Shown here: one piece after another, positions 40,801-52,894 of the stretch
Numbering within the stretch: position 1 is the first letter of the stretch
Layout: every line of letters starts with the position of its first letter
Assembly (NCBI GenBank): GCA_051294375.1
Contig: CM119265.1
Span: 12,013,497-12,077,496, forward strand
Direction: 5' to 3'
Origin: Paraspadella gotoi
Lineage: Eukaryota; Animalia; Chaetognatha
Length of the DNA: 64,000 bases
Made by a program: the position numbers and the translations under genes
The notes under the pieces: model-generated
The model's database searches: none
What the model saw: the letters and a program-made list of their open reading frames with translations, nothing else
What the model was told of the DNA's origin: nothing

Positions 40801-41689
40801 AAAATAGTGACGCCAGACCGAGCCGTCCGGAGGAAAATCGGCAGGACGCTCTGTCGTCGAAAACCGTACATGAAAATAGAGAGAGAAAAAAGATACTTTT
40901 TTTCCTCTTAGTTATTTTCGAGCCTTTTTCCTTGATTTGACTTACGAAACTTACCAAGAAACGGAAGAAGAAAGGTTCTCGACGATGAGACGGTAGCCAG
41001 TTCTAGGCCCCGGCCCCCGCCCGCGCGGCGGAGGGCGTCCGAATCGATCCTCGCGATATCCATATCCTCCGCCACCGATGCCTCGAGTGTTGGGTCGCCG
41101 CGCGTGCTCCACCACCACCCGAACGCCCATCATTGTACGACCGTTCAGCTCGTGGACGGCGTCTGGCGAGGAAAAAGGAGAAAGGAAAAGGCAAAGGTGG
41201 AAACAACAAAGATTAAAGAAAACAAGTTTGAGCAAACAATGTCGGATCTGCCTACGAAAATTAATTAATTGATTGATTAATTAATTAAATAATTAATTTT
41301 AATATTTATAATTAATTATAAATTTATATACAGCTTTTCATCATCGATATCCTTAAAATAAAGTAAATGTGTCGAGTAATATTCTTCTCGATCCTTGTCG
41401 ACGTCCAAAGAGTCTTTCGCGGAGAGAATTAACTGCTTTTGACGGTCTCTATATATCAAATTTGAATATCTCTCGCCGTAAGAATTGTAAACAAACACGA
41501 AAATAATCCGTGAAAATATTGTTTTTTTTTTTGCGGAGAAAAATCGATGTAAACAATGTAAATTCGAGCAAACGTCCAAATGATATACAGAATTTTGTGA
41601 AAAAATAGTTGAGGTCTCCATGAAGTCGCGAAAAAGAATCGAATAATAATCCAGTAAAAAGTCGCTAACCAAGAAAAGTGCAGAGAGAT

Positions 41690-41737
<48 letters not shown>

Positions 41738-44700
41738 AAAGAGTCGGGTCGTCGGTCGATAATAAGGTCAATGTCGGGTCAATGTCTAACTATGACTAGA
41801 ATAGGCCGAACGTTTCTTCAAAATGTGACTTATATTTTTTCCATTTAAACTCATTTCTACTGGCACAATTCCGTCAAAACTTTATATCTAGCTTCTTCAC
41901 AAACTTTCCTTCCCGCTCACAAAATTTCATCTCAATCTATTATGGGTTAAAATAAGTAAAAAGATTCAAGTAAATGTGACTCATATTTTTTTCATTTAAA
42001 CTCATTTCCACTCATACCGAAACTTTATAACAAGCTCGTCACACATTTTCCTACCCACAAACAAGTATTTATTGGTTAAAATAAGTAAAAAAATTTTAGT
42101 AAATGCGACTTATGTTTTTTCCATTTAAACTCCTATCCACTCACACGATTCCGTTGAAACTTTATATCCAGCTTCATCACACATGTTCCTACCCATACAT
42201 AAAATTTCATTCCGATCCAACCAGCCAATCACGAGTTATTGGGGCTTTTTGCTAAGGTGGGATGGATGGACGGATTGATTGACTAATTAATTAGTGATTA
42301 ATAATAAGTTTTCTTAATTTTGATTACAGATTTGAATTCCTCTTCAAAAGTTAATAAAAGAAAATATAAATCATTTTTAAAAATTCTTTCATTTAGTGGG
42401 TTAAAAATTAAAAAAACTATATTTAATATATAAAAAATTAATTTTCAGCTTAAAATATAGCTTTTTCTAACTTTTGACCCACTTAATAAAAAAATTTTTC
42501 AAAAAGAGTTATATTTCTTTTTATCAACCTTTTATGACGAATCCAAATCTTCAAAAAAATCTTAAAAAAAAAATGGTTTGAAATTTTAACATTTATTGAT
42601 TTAGTACTAGTATAAATATAAGCCACTGCGTAAATTGTAAAATTTATTATAAATTTTTTTATTACATAAATGTTCATTAATATAATGTTGTTCATTCCTC
42701 ACTTTTAGAATTTTAATTAAAGTTAAATTTAGAAATTTTACTACGCCTTAATATGCAGGATGTATTAATAAATCAAATTAATTAATCAGTTAATAATCAA
42801 TTAGTCAATTAATTAATCAATAATTAATTAATCAGTCAATCAATCCGTCCATCCGTCCCACCTTAGCAAAAAGCTCCAATAACTCGTGATTGGCTGGTTG
42901 GATTAGAATGAAATTTTGTGTGTGGGTAGGAAAGTGTGTGATGAAGCTGGATTATAAGTTTCGACGGAATCGTGTGAGTGGAATGAGTTTAAGTGGAAAA
43001 AACATAAGTCGCATTTACTAAAATATTTTTACTTATTTTAACCAATAAGTACTCTAATTAATCATAATTGGATGGATAGATTGAGTTACACATTTTTCTA
43101 CCCACACAAAAAATTTGAACGATGCTTGATATAAAGTTTCGGTGGAAACGTACGAGTGGAAATGAGTTTCCTGGATGCTCATTATGGATTTTCCACGCCA
43201 GTTTTTGCGTTGAACCACTTCCGGTTTTAAAATTCATGATTTTTGAAATAAATAAGTTTATTCAGCCAGCATACTAAATAATAAAATAAAGTTACCAATA
43301 ACCTTAATATTACATTTTTTATTTTAGTTTATAAATAAGGTTATAAAAATATTATTACAAAAGGCGTCAAGTTAAAACTTCATAATTCTTTTAAGCCAAA
43401 TTGGCCCTGACCAAACTACTTTACTAATTTTAATAAAATTTTACTATCTGGTTAAACAAATAGAACTGTCTAAGGGATTTTAAATCTTTAATCTTTAAAC
43501 CAAGATATTGGCTTTTAAAAAGATTACCAAGTGATGCAAAAAGTAGCGAATTAGATGGTAGGCGACTTAGCCTTTGCAGCAAGCAAGCCTCTCACTCAAC
43601 CCTTACCCTAAACAGTAAGGCGTAGTGAAAGTTACATACGAAGATTCTAAAAGTCAATTATGAACAACATACCATCAGTGAACATTAATTTGTAAAAAAA
43701 ATTAATTTTATGTTTTTAATTTTGCAGTCGGCTATATTTATATATAGTACTATCCTTATAAAATAGAAAAATTTCAAAATAGGCTTTTCTTAATTTTGAT
43801 TGCAGATTTGAATTCCTCGTCAAAAGTTGATAAGAAAATATAAATCATTTTTAAAAATACTTTCATTAAGTGGGTTAAAAATTTAAAAAAACTATATTTA
43901 ATATATAGAAAATAATTTTCAGCTTAAAATATAGCTTTTTCTAATTTTTGACCCACTTAATGAAGGAATTTTTAAAAAAGAGTTATATTTCTTGTTATCA
44001 ACTTTTTATGACGAATCCAAATCTGCAAAAAAATCTTAGAAAAAACTGTTTTGAAATTTTAACATTTATTGGTTTAGTACTAGTATAAATATGGCCTACT
44101 GCGTAAATTGTAAAATTTATTCTAAATTTTTTTATTACATAAATGTTTATTAGTATAGTATTGTTCATTCCTCACTTTTAGAATTTTAATTAAAGTTAAA
44201 TTTAGCAATTTTACTACGCCTTACTAAACAGGGCCCTAAACAAAACCTTAATCTTATCAGTTTCCCTGGCTTGGGATATCTAACCTAGCCCTAACCCTAA
44301 CGTGGGCTTTTGTTCTTACCCGAGCAGCCTTTCCCTAACCTTAACCCAAGCTCGTGTACTTCCTGCTCAACCTTAACCCTAAACTGGTCCCTGTTCCAAA
44401 CCCTCACCAGTTTCCCTGGCTGGTGAAATCTGCAGAGAGCCACTTCCTTAGCCCTAACCCTAACCTAGGCCTCCTGTTTTATATCATGCCAGAACCCTAG
44501 CCCTGCATCACTCCAGAGCCTCTCCACCAACCCCACATCAGCCTGAGGTTCACCTCTGAGCCTCAACTCAGGCATCCCTGCTTCCCGGCCATCAATAAGG
44601 CTAAGTTTTAATTCTTAATTTCCTTCCCCAGTACTTTCCCTAACCCTAACCCAAGCTTCCTGTCCTTTTCTTAGCCTGTCCAAATTGCAATATCACAATA

Positions 44701-46696
44701 CTTAATCTTGTTATAAGCGAGCTTAGAAAGGCTTGTACTAGGGATATTAAGATTTGAGGCATGCAAATGAATAAAAGGCCTAGACTAAGGTTTTTGGTTG
44801 GGAGAGAGGTTTAGGGTTAAGGTTGAGTGGAGGCTTGCTAGCCACAAAGGCCAAGGCGCCTTTTATCTAATTCGCTGCTTTCTTTTGTATCATTTGGCAA
44901 ACCTTTAAAGGCAATATCTTGGCTTAAGGATTAAATATTTAAAATCCCTTAGAGAGTTCTATTTATATAACCAAATCATACTTTCTTATACAATCTTATT
45001 AGAATTTGTAAAGTAATTTGGTCAGGGACGATTTGGCTTAAAAAAACTAATAATTTCTAATTTGAAGTCTTTCTTAATAATAATTTTTTAACCTTATTTA
45101 AAAACCACAACAAAAAATTTAGTAATAAGGTTATTAATAACTTTATTTTGATTAATTTAAGTATGCTGGCTGAATAACAGCTCATTTTTTTTCCAAAAAT
45201 CCTTATTTTTTAAAACCGGAAGTGGTACGACGCAAAAACTGGCGTGGAAAATCCATCAAGAGCATTCAGGGAAATTTTTATTGTAATATTCGTTTTCTCC
45301 ACTAAATTTGGCACAAGAAACTTTGCAGGTATCAGGAACTTTCAAAAATGCATGGTATTTCTGGAGCTCTATTATATATTAATTTATATAACTGTTACTA
45401 CTTGATCTTTTGTTATTACAAACAAAGAAACATTGCAAATCTCATTCAATCAGCTGATTCTATTGTTACCAATTCCAAACATGATTCCATCTGGCTTAGA
45501 AACCATTCTATATAATAATAACACTCAGTGGATCCCGAATTGGATTAATTTATTATTTATCACATTGTTACTGTTTGTTAATAATAATCTTTATTTTTAC
45601 ATTGTTTTGCAATATAGATATTACAGATACTTGCTGGCTAAAGTAACTGGAATATCTATATGCTTTGATTATTTTATTAAGGTCTGATTTTAAACAATAA
45701 CCAAGCAAGTTGGTTTAGACTCTTTTACAAGCAGCTTGGCGAATATCTCCAGACATTGGATGGCGTGACGCCAAGGCAACAAGAACTTCTTACGCCATCT
45801 ACAAAGGAAAGTGGAAGAGAAGCAGGGAAAGGTAGGGGGTAAAAAAAATGGAAAGTGAAGACGTGAGATGAAAGAGGGTTAAAAAAAATGAAAAGCTGTG
45901 AAGAAGAAAGGTAAAGAGAAAGAATAACAGAGAGGATATGAGAAAAAAAATGGTAACAGATATTGTGGTGTCTTGTCTGATTAGTTTGCTCTAAGTAAAA
46001 GACACGAAAATTATTATAGGGAATTCGATCTTTAAAAGTTTTCTGTCCCGGAAAATTCATACATACTTTTTTTAAAACTAAGGCAGTTAATGAGATTAGA
46101 TTGATAAGCATCGAAGAAATCATGTCTTACCGTATTTTTAACTCAAAGAATTTTACCTGGGAAGTACTATATCATAAGAGGAAGATAACTATAGCCTACT
46201 GTTTTTTAAATTAAGAAAGATTCATACTAGTCAATGAGATCATCAGAGATGATCGTAAATTAATTTCAGATTCCATTGTCTAAAAGAGTTTGATTGTACG
46301 CGGCACCTTATAGAGCCAGGACCCGGTCCTGGCTCGATAAAAAGGCGATCGATAAGTTGGAACGCCGACGACGACAACAACGACGACGCCTACGCCACTT
46401 ATGCGCAAAAGCGTTACGAGATTGCGACGATAAAAATCATTTTTTTTTACCTTCGGCATCTCTGGTGTCGTCAAATTCCACGAAGGCGTAACCGTTTTTG
46501 ATGACGACATCGCGGAGACGTCCGTAACCCTGACGATTACAGGACAAGAATTAGAGATATGGCGTCAAATAAAATGAACATTATGCATATGCAGTGACGA
46601 AATTTGAACGGGGATCGGACTTGCCTTAAAAAATTTGTCAAAGTCGCTTTCACGAACGCGATCGGAAATGCCACCGACGTAGATCCGCGTTCCCAT
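28838..46696 (-). CDS. SR splicing factor of the SRSF4/5/6 (B52/SRp55) family, 7 exons
   Basis: Exons 46625-46696, 46451-46529, 40955-41162, 29708-29860, 29501-29614, 28970-29386, 28838-~28883. RRM1 ([31 protein letters not shown]), pseudo-RRM with SW|[19 protein letters not shown], then an RS domain. Confidence 0.95.
30239..30524. mobile_element. 286-bp GC-rich TG..CA element (solo-LTR-like) with 4-bp TSD
   Basis: TATA|TGTGGATA..CGACTACA|TATA; same TGTGGA/ACTACA termini as 23692-23926. Confidence 0.8.
34133..34860. mobile_element. Diverged Penelope-like element relic with a variant hammerhead core (34786-34827, +)
   Basis: Shares AGAGCTCAAAATGAGC junctions and GACTCCTCTCCCTCCT..TGTAGCCGTCGTTTTGGGCG with 36060-37490; core reads CUAAUGA-aggcuc..gaguc-GAAA-caug-UC. 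Confidence 0.7.
35760..35801 (-). ncRNA. Minimal hammerhead-like core; its inverted partner at ~39619-39650 is truncated
   Basis: Minus strand: GACG-CUGAAGA-aggcuugcauccaaagc-GAAA-caua-UA-CGUU; weak helix II. Confidence 0.55.
36073..36122 (-). ncRNA. Minimal type I hammerhead ribozyme in pLTR
   Basis: Minus strand: UCAAAG-CUGAUGA-agacuc(gaaccagca)gaguc-GAAA-caug-UA-CUAUUGA. Confidence 0.88.
37427..37476 (+). ncRNA. Minimal type I hammerhead ribozyme in pLTR
   Basis: Identical core on the plus strand: tcaaagCTGATGAagactcgaaccagcagagtcGAAAcatgTActattga. Confidence 0.88.
43148..45273. mobile_element. Foldback element with ~460-bp inverted arms and a CCCTAA-rich core; a relative lies at ~54640-56705
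   Basis: TTTCCTGGATGCTC..TGGATTTTCCACGCCAGTTTTTGCGT..ACCACTTCCGG is mirrored at 45215-45273; a MITE is inserted at 43616-44223. Confidence 0.75.
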
Positions 46697-47001
46697 GGCT
46701 ACCGATAAAAGGAAGTACCTGAGAAAATTCTGCCTCACAAAAACGCAATCAGCTGATTATACCCCACAACCCAAGAAGCTATAGAGAAATTAAAATCTAT
46801 AGTAAAAGATATAAAGTTAATAATACAAAATAAACGTCTAAACAAAAAAAATTTTCACAGATTCCACTTACACCGGTTATTTACGATAGTATGACTGATT
46901 AGGTAATGACTAATCAAATTATTGAAATATACGCAAAGTATAACTATTTAACGAATTAAATAAAAAAAATAATAAATATATTGTTCGTCCACAATATCAT
47001 T

Positions 47002-47970
47002 TCACTGAAAACAATCGATGCTTGTGAGTACTTTCTCCATTGCCATTTCAGAACAATTGATAGCGCCTCTTAAATTGTATCGGTTCTTGAATCTCTGTAG
47101 CCAGCCAGGATTGGCGTTAAAGGCTCCCTCTGGATAATCCAACGTCTTGGCAATCTCCATTGCTTTGGCTCGAACGGCGGGACCGAACACGGCCCCGTCG
47201 CCATAATGTTCTCGGACCCATAGGATGAGTCGATTTTCGATCTCGTAGTGCAACGGCGTCGTCTCTCGAACGCGATTCAGGTTGACCGACTTCAAGATGG
47301 TCTCCCTTTGTTTCTTTATGGTGGAGATGGTCGAGGACTGCAGACCAAAGAGTCTGCAGACTTTGGTCGGCTTCTCTCCGGCGTCGAGCATCTGAATGAT
47401 CTTTCTTTTGGTGCCGAAAGTCAAGGCCGTTCTCGGTCTCTTGGCCTTCACCAAGGCCCTTGAATGTTTTTTTCTGTCCTTCAAAAAAGCGGCGCCGGGA
47501 AAGTCGACGCGAACAGGACAATCCTGGGATTCTTTGATGCTGCAGGCGCCTTCGTCCTCGTCGCCACTCGTCGAACCGGAGTTTCGATCTACCGTTGTGG
47601 AAACCGGTTCGACTTTGATGAAGTCGTCGACGGAGACGCCGGGACGAAGAAACGACTCCACCTCTTTGTCTTTGCGAGCTTCGCCGGCGCCGACCCTTAG
47701 ACGAACCGGCGGTGCCACGTCGAATTGGCCTCCATCGTCGGGAGAATCGTAAAAGGGAAGGAAGGAGGGAGGGACGGCGCTTGACTCAGTGTCTCCTTCT
47801 CTGTAGAAAAGCCCCGCTCGAACAAACTGGTTGCGGAGATGCGAAGTGGCGGCAAACTTCCGCCGCGATCCCGTCTTCACGATGCAAAAGAACTCATTGC
47901 CGGCGAGGAGGGAGAGCTTCTCCACGAACTCGAGAATGTGGTCGCAGAGGGCGGCTTGAAGCTGATTCAT
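47002..47970 (-). CDS. Intronless CENP-B/Tigger(pogo)-type DNA-binding protein (two HTH domains, no DDE domain)
   Basis: 322-aa ORF: KRPRTALTFGTKRKIIQMLDAGEKPTKVCRLFGLQSSTISTIKKQR (HTH-psq type) and EIENRLILWV..VRAKAMEIA..FNANPGWLQRFKNRYNL (HTH_Tnp_Tc5 type); no TIRs seen next to it. Confidence 0.85.
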   Translation of the reverse strand: MNQLQAALCDHILEFVEKLSLLAGNEFFCIVKTGSRRKFAATSHLRNQFVRAGLFYREGDTESSAVPPSFLPFYDSPDDGGQFDVAPPVRLRVGAGEARKDKEVESFLRPGVSVDDFIKVEPVSTTVDRNSGSTSGDEDEGACSIKESQDCPVRVDFPGAAFLKDRKKHSRALVKAKRPRTALTFGTKRKIIQMLDAGEKPTKVCRLFGLQSSTISTIKKQRETILKSVNLNRVRETTPLHYEIENRLILWVREHYGDGAVFGPAVRAKAMEIAKTLDYPEGAFNANPGWLQRFKNRYNLRGAINCSEMAMEKVLTSIDCFQ

Positions 47971-50900
47971 CCTCAGCGTTGGGCAAAAGATGGACTGTTA
48001 AACTTGATAGACAAAAAATATTTTTCTAAAAATACAACAAACGTAAAAAATCGAAACGATGAAAAGTGTTTTTTACCAACGCATTTTCAATAATTTTTTA
48101 TTGATCGTTTTGGTTTATTAATTAACTAATAAAATTTATTAAGACGTTAGGTAGGACTAATCAAGAATCAAATTCCGAAACTCGACCCCAAACCTTTTTT
48201 CATAATATTTTTATATTTTTGGATAGAGAATGACTGGAATAATGTAAATCTTAAGTTACGTCTAAATTAGTCTGGCAAGCTTCCTATGGGACGGGTTGGA
48301 ATATCTTTACAAAACCTTGGGAATATTACCTTGGTACCAAAATAAGAGATTTGAGATAGAACGATTTTATGTCAACAAAGCCAAAATGTTCGTAATAAAA
48401 ATCGGGTTACTCCAATATGCAAATGAGATTAACGTTTCACAATAATATTTTAATTTAATAAAAACTTATTAATCTTATATAAAAATTTAAATAAATATAA
48501 TAAAATTAAATTAAAAAGCTAGTATATATATAGTTTGATCAGCAGTTGGATAAAAAAATAATATTAAGCACTAAAACAAACATGAAAATACTATTGCAAT
48601 AAAGGTTTCTTGTAACTTTATATTGAAAGATAGGGAGACAGTGAAGCAATGACAAAAAGCTATTGAGACAGAGAGATACAGTTCAATCAGTTTTTTGTTT
48701 TGCTCACAACCATTTTGGTACTGTTTATTTGAATCATATCAAAAAAATTTAATAGCACGGATTCTTCAGATACTTTCTTTTCCAGCGCTTTCTTCAATTA
48801 ACTTCAGAGTAAGAGAATTCATGATTGTTTTTGTGATTCTCTCCGTCTTTGGCACAATTATTATCTTTGTTTTTTTGTTTTAAAAAAGACAACAAAGTTG
48901 AAAAAAAAGAACATGCGGCCTTTGGCTTACCTGCAAAAAAGATAAAAATGTTTATTCCTTCTAAAAAAAAAAATAATTTTATGTAAGGTGATGGCAAACA
49001 AGAAGGTGAGGAAACTTTATTCGTTTTGTTGGTGCTAAATTTTGTTTTATACATCACTAGGAAAAGAGTGAGCAATATCATTTTATTTGAGCTAATAAGA
49101 TATGACAGTAAAAAAAATTAATATTATTTAAGAATTTTAATTTTAGGGCCATTTAGAGGTTAATAAAAAAAGCGAGGGTAAATCTTTCATTTGTCATGGG
49201 TGAGGTTCAGTTTTATCAAATTCCAACTTTTATTGCTTTACACTATTATAAAGCCTATATCTAAAAATTATACTTTGGCTCAATCTGTATCTTTCTCTCT
49301 CCCTCTCTCTTAGTCTCTCTCTAATATTTCTTATTTGTTTCCAGAAAAAACTTTTATTCTTATTAAAAAATAACTTAAAAAAAAATATTAAAAGCATAAG
49401 GATAGTCGCAATCGCATAAGAAAAATCTGGATTTTGATACTAAAAACAAATTTGAGAAAAGAAAATTAATTTATAAACAGAAAGAAAAAAAAAGAATATT
49501 AAATATAAAACAGTAAAATAACTTATTTTAGAGTTTAATTTTTAGCAAGTGCTAAGTCTGGAGAGATATTATTGAAAGTACTTTTGTTTTACTTTTAGCA
49601 GTTTGATCGAATGCGACCTCTCTAAATACTGTCAACATTCCCAGACAAAAGACAAAGTGAAACTTGAATCAGACTGACAAAGTGAAGTAAAGACTAAAGT
49701 GAAGTAAAATAAAGTAAAGTAAAATAAAATAATAAAGTAAAAATATATTGAAAAAAAATATTATTCCGATTGATATTTAGAATATTTATGAAAAAAAATC
49801 TCGGATGTAAATTTGGGAATAAATGGCGATAATAAAAGTTTTTAGAAGGAAAAAATTAATCACAGAGAGAGAGAGACAGACAGAAAGAGAGAGAGACAGA
49901 GAGAGAGAGAAAAAAAAATCAAAAGGCACTAGCAGCAGCAGCAGGAGAAAAGAGAGAAAAAGAATAAGCCCCTGCAGAGCCAGCTGCAGACTCGTTTTTT
50001 TCCCTACGAATCAGTGACTTGGGAAAAGAGAGAGGAAGAGAGACATGTAATTAAAAAAAAAAAGAGAGAGATAAAGAAATATAAAAATAAAAGAGAGAAA
50101 ATTGGTTTGTTTGATAAAACATAAACAAAACATATTTAATAACTGTCCAGACTCAATTTTAAGCACATGAAAGAACCCCCTCCTCGACCTAGCGGAGAGG
50201 GAGAAGACGTCGGGAGAGAAACTGGACTGAAAACCAGGACCGCTGGCGCCGTAAAGTTTATAATAAAGTTTCTTATCCACTTGGAGTCTTGATATTTAAT
50301 GGTACCTTAATAAAATAATCAAAGCATATAGATATTCCTACAGACAATAATAATAATACTAACTAATAATAAAAGAAGCAATAGTAAATAAACAAACAAA
50401 TCCATGAAGAAACCACTAAGTGTCCATTAGGCATCCACAAACGTTTATTATTTTAGAGAAGAGTCCCGTTTCAGAGCCAAAATCTGGAATGACTGCAAAA
50501 GAGAGAAAGAGACGAATGTCGATATCTCCTATATTAAAAGAGCATCTGAGTTACGGTCGTCTGGACTTTACACACATCGATGATGAGAAACTGTATATAA
50601 ATTTTCAGCTTCATACACCCAAATTTAATCATAAAAAAGGTGATCTATAATTTGGAACCCCGACGACGCCACTTATGCACAATAGCGTTACAATATCATC
50701 GCAAACGCTTAGCGATTGCGACGATAATAAATCAAAATATTTAGCAAAAAATATAATTTTTGTACTTGCAAATACAATTATGCAAAATGATATTGTGGGA
50801 ATGAATAAATGAGTTTGTGAAAGAGTCTTGATTGCAAGGAACTGCTCTGTCATTATCTTGTACACTACTGCGAAAAAAAACAAACCACTTTTCACATAAA

Positions 50901-51394
50901 AAAAAAACCGTATTGGATGGCTGAATTTTATAAAGATATATATACATAAAATAAAGCTTATTGAATGATAAAGCGATAGGTACAAGCAGGGATGTGGAGC
51001 CGACCTAATTTCGTCTCGGCTCCAGCTCCGGCTCCAGGCCAAATTTTTTTTCGGCTCCGGCTCCAGCAAAAATTTCACTCGGCTCCGGCTCCAGCAATCC
51101 ATCGCTCCAACTATATATATAATATAAAAATTTAAAAAATTAAATATTCATAAATATATCTTTAAATCATTTAATTTTATATTTTGATTATATTTAATAT
51201 TTATTTTATATTATAATATATAATATATTTTAATATTAAAAATATATTATATAACTAATTATTTTTAAAAAATATTAGAATAATAAGCAAAATATTTTTT
51301 TTTATTTTTTGGTAATATCCTCACTCTTTGATAATTTAACTGTGAATTATATTTAGCATTCTAATTAAAGTGATTTTACTTAAAACTCAGATTA

Positions 51395-52110
51395 TGGTTA
51401 GGGTTAGGGTTTTAGGGTTAGATTAGGGTTGAGTTGGTTTGGTTTAGGGTTAAGGTGAGTTGGTAATAATTAGGGTTAGGGTTGAGTAGTTTTAGGGTTA
51501 GGGTTAAGGTTGAGGTAGTTTAAGGTTATGGTTAGGGTTAATGTCAAGTTTTAAGGTTAAGATAAACAAGAAGCCGGCATTAGGGTTAAGGAAGGTACTG
51601 GCAATGGATATTAGGGATTAAAGTTGAAGTACGAATATATGAGGGAGGCCCGGTCCCGGGTTAAGGTTAGGGTAAGGAGAAGAGGCATGGAGTTGAATGG
51701 GAGGCTTGGGTTAGGGTAGGGGGAGAGGCTTACTGTTGATGCATCAAAGGCGGTGAGGGTTAGGGTTGAGGAACAGAGATATATGGGAAGCCCAGGCCCG
51801 GGTTAGGGTTAGAGTTGGGAAAAAAGCATGGAGTTGAACACGGGAGGCTCGGGTTAGGGGAAAAGTTCATGGTTGATGCATCAAAGGCAGTTAGGGTTGG
51901 GTTGAGGCACAGAGATGTACTGGAGGCCAAGGCCTAGGCTAGGATTAGGGGAGAGGAATGGAGTTGAACAAGAGGCCCGGGTAAGGGTTAGGGTTAGGAA
52001 AGCCCACAAATGGGTTAAGAGTTGAGGCATGGAAATGTATGGGAGGCCTAGGCCTGGTAAGGTTGAAGAAAAGCATGGGAGATGTACGGGAGACTTGGGT
52101 TAGGGTTTAG
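51395..52110 (+). repeat. Degenerate interstitial TTAGGG-like repeats
   Basis: Runs of GGGTTAGGGTTA within longer imperfect units; similar tracts at 44230-44655 (CCCTAA) and 63240-63480. Confidence 0.75.
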
Positions 52111-52750
52111 TTTTAAGGGAAGAGCCCACAGGTGATATATTTATCCCCATGTCTCAACTTCAGCCACAAGCTTTTTCTTTAACTTGCGCCTTTGATTATA
52201 TTCATTACTTTTATTACTGGTGAGGTCACCAGTGAGGGTATTGGCGACACAACCAGGGCTTTGCTGATATTGCCATAGTGAAGTCGCCAACCAACAAGAA
52301 ACAACAATTGTGACTCATGCGTGAATCGCCGGCAACATTGTTATTTGAATAAACTACAACCTAGAGGTTTGGGTGTGAAGCTCAGAAAATAAACAAAAAA
52401 GCCTGGGTACAAGGTGATACAAACAACAGCCTGCCGCTAAAAAAAATTGTCATTTGCAAATTTGTGAAGATATTTTTAATTCTAAAAGATTTTTTTATAG
52501 TAAAAACCTAAATCGATTTATATATCCAAATTTTTATATTGATTGGTTTGATTTGATTTAGCAATGGACCGCAGAAAAGTTGCTTTAAAAATAGTCTTTC
52601 ATTTTTAAAACAAATCTTTTAAATTTTTTTGTCTAAATTTATTAACATTTTTTTAAAAACTCTTACATTCTTTTATTGTTTTTTTGAATTATTTAGAGAG
52701 AAAACAAAAATTCATTATTTGACAACAAATAATTTTGTTGTTTATTTAAA

Positions 52751-52894
52751 TCAGATATGTTTCGACTCTATAACTTTCCGAGTCTTTATCAAGCATTTAA
52801 ATTTACAAACTCAATATTTAAAAAACTGAAATGTTTATAAATTTAAATGCTGATGAAGACTATGAAGTCCTAGAGTGGAAAACATGTCCGATTT
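52751..52894. ncRNA. Inverted pair of degenerate hammerhead cores
   Basis: Plus strand 52845-52894 CUGAUGA-agacu..agug-GAAA-acaug-UC; minus strand 52751-52798 has a mutated core. Confidence 0.45.
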
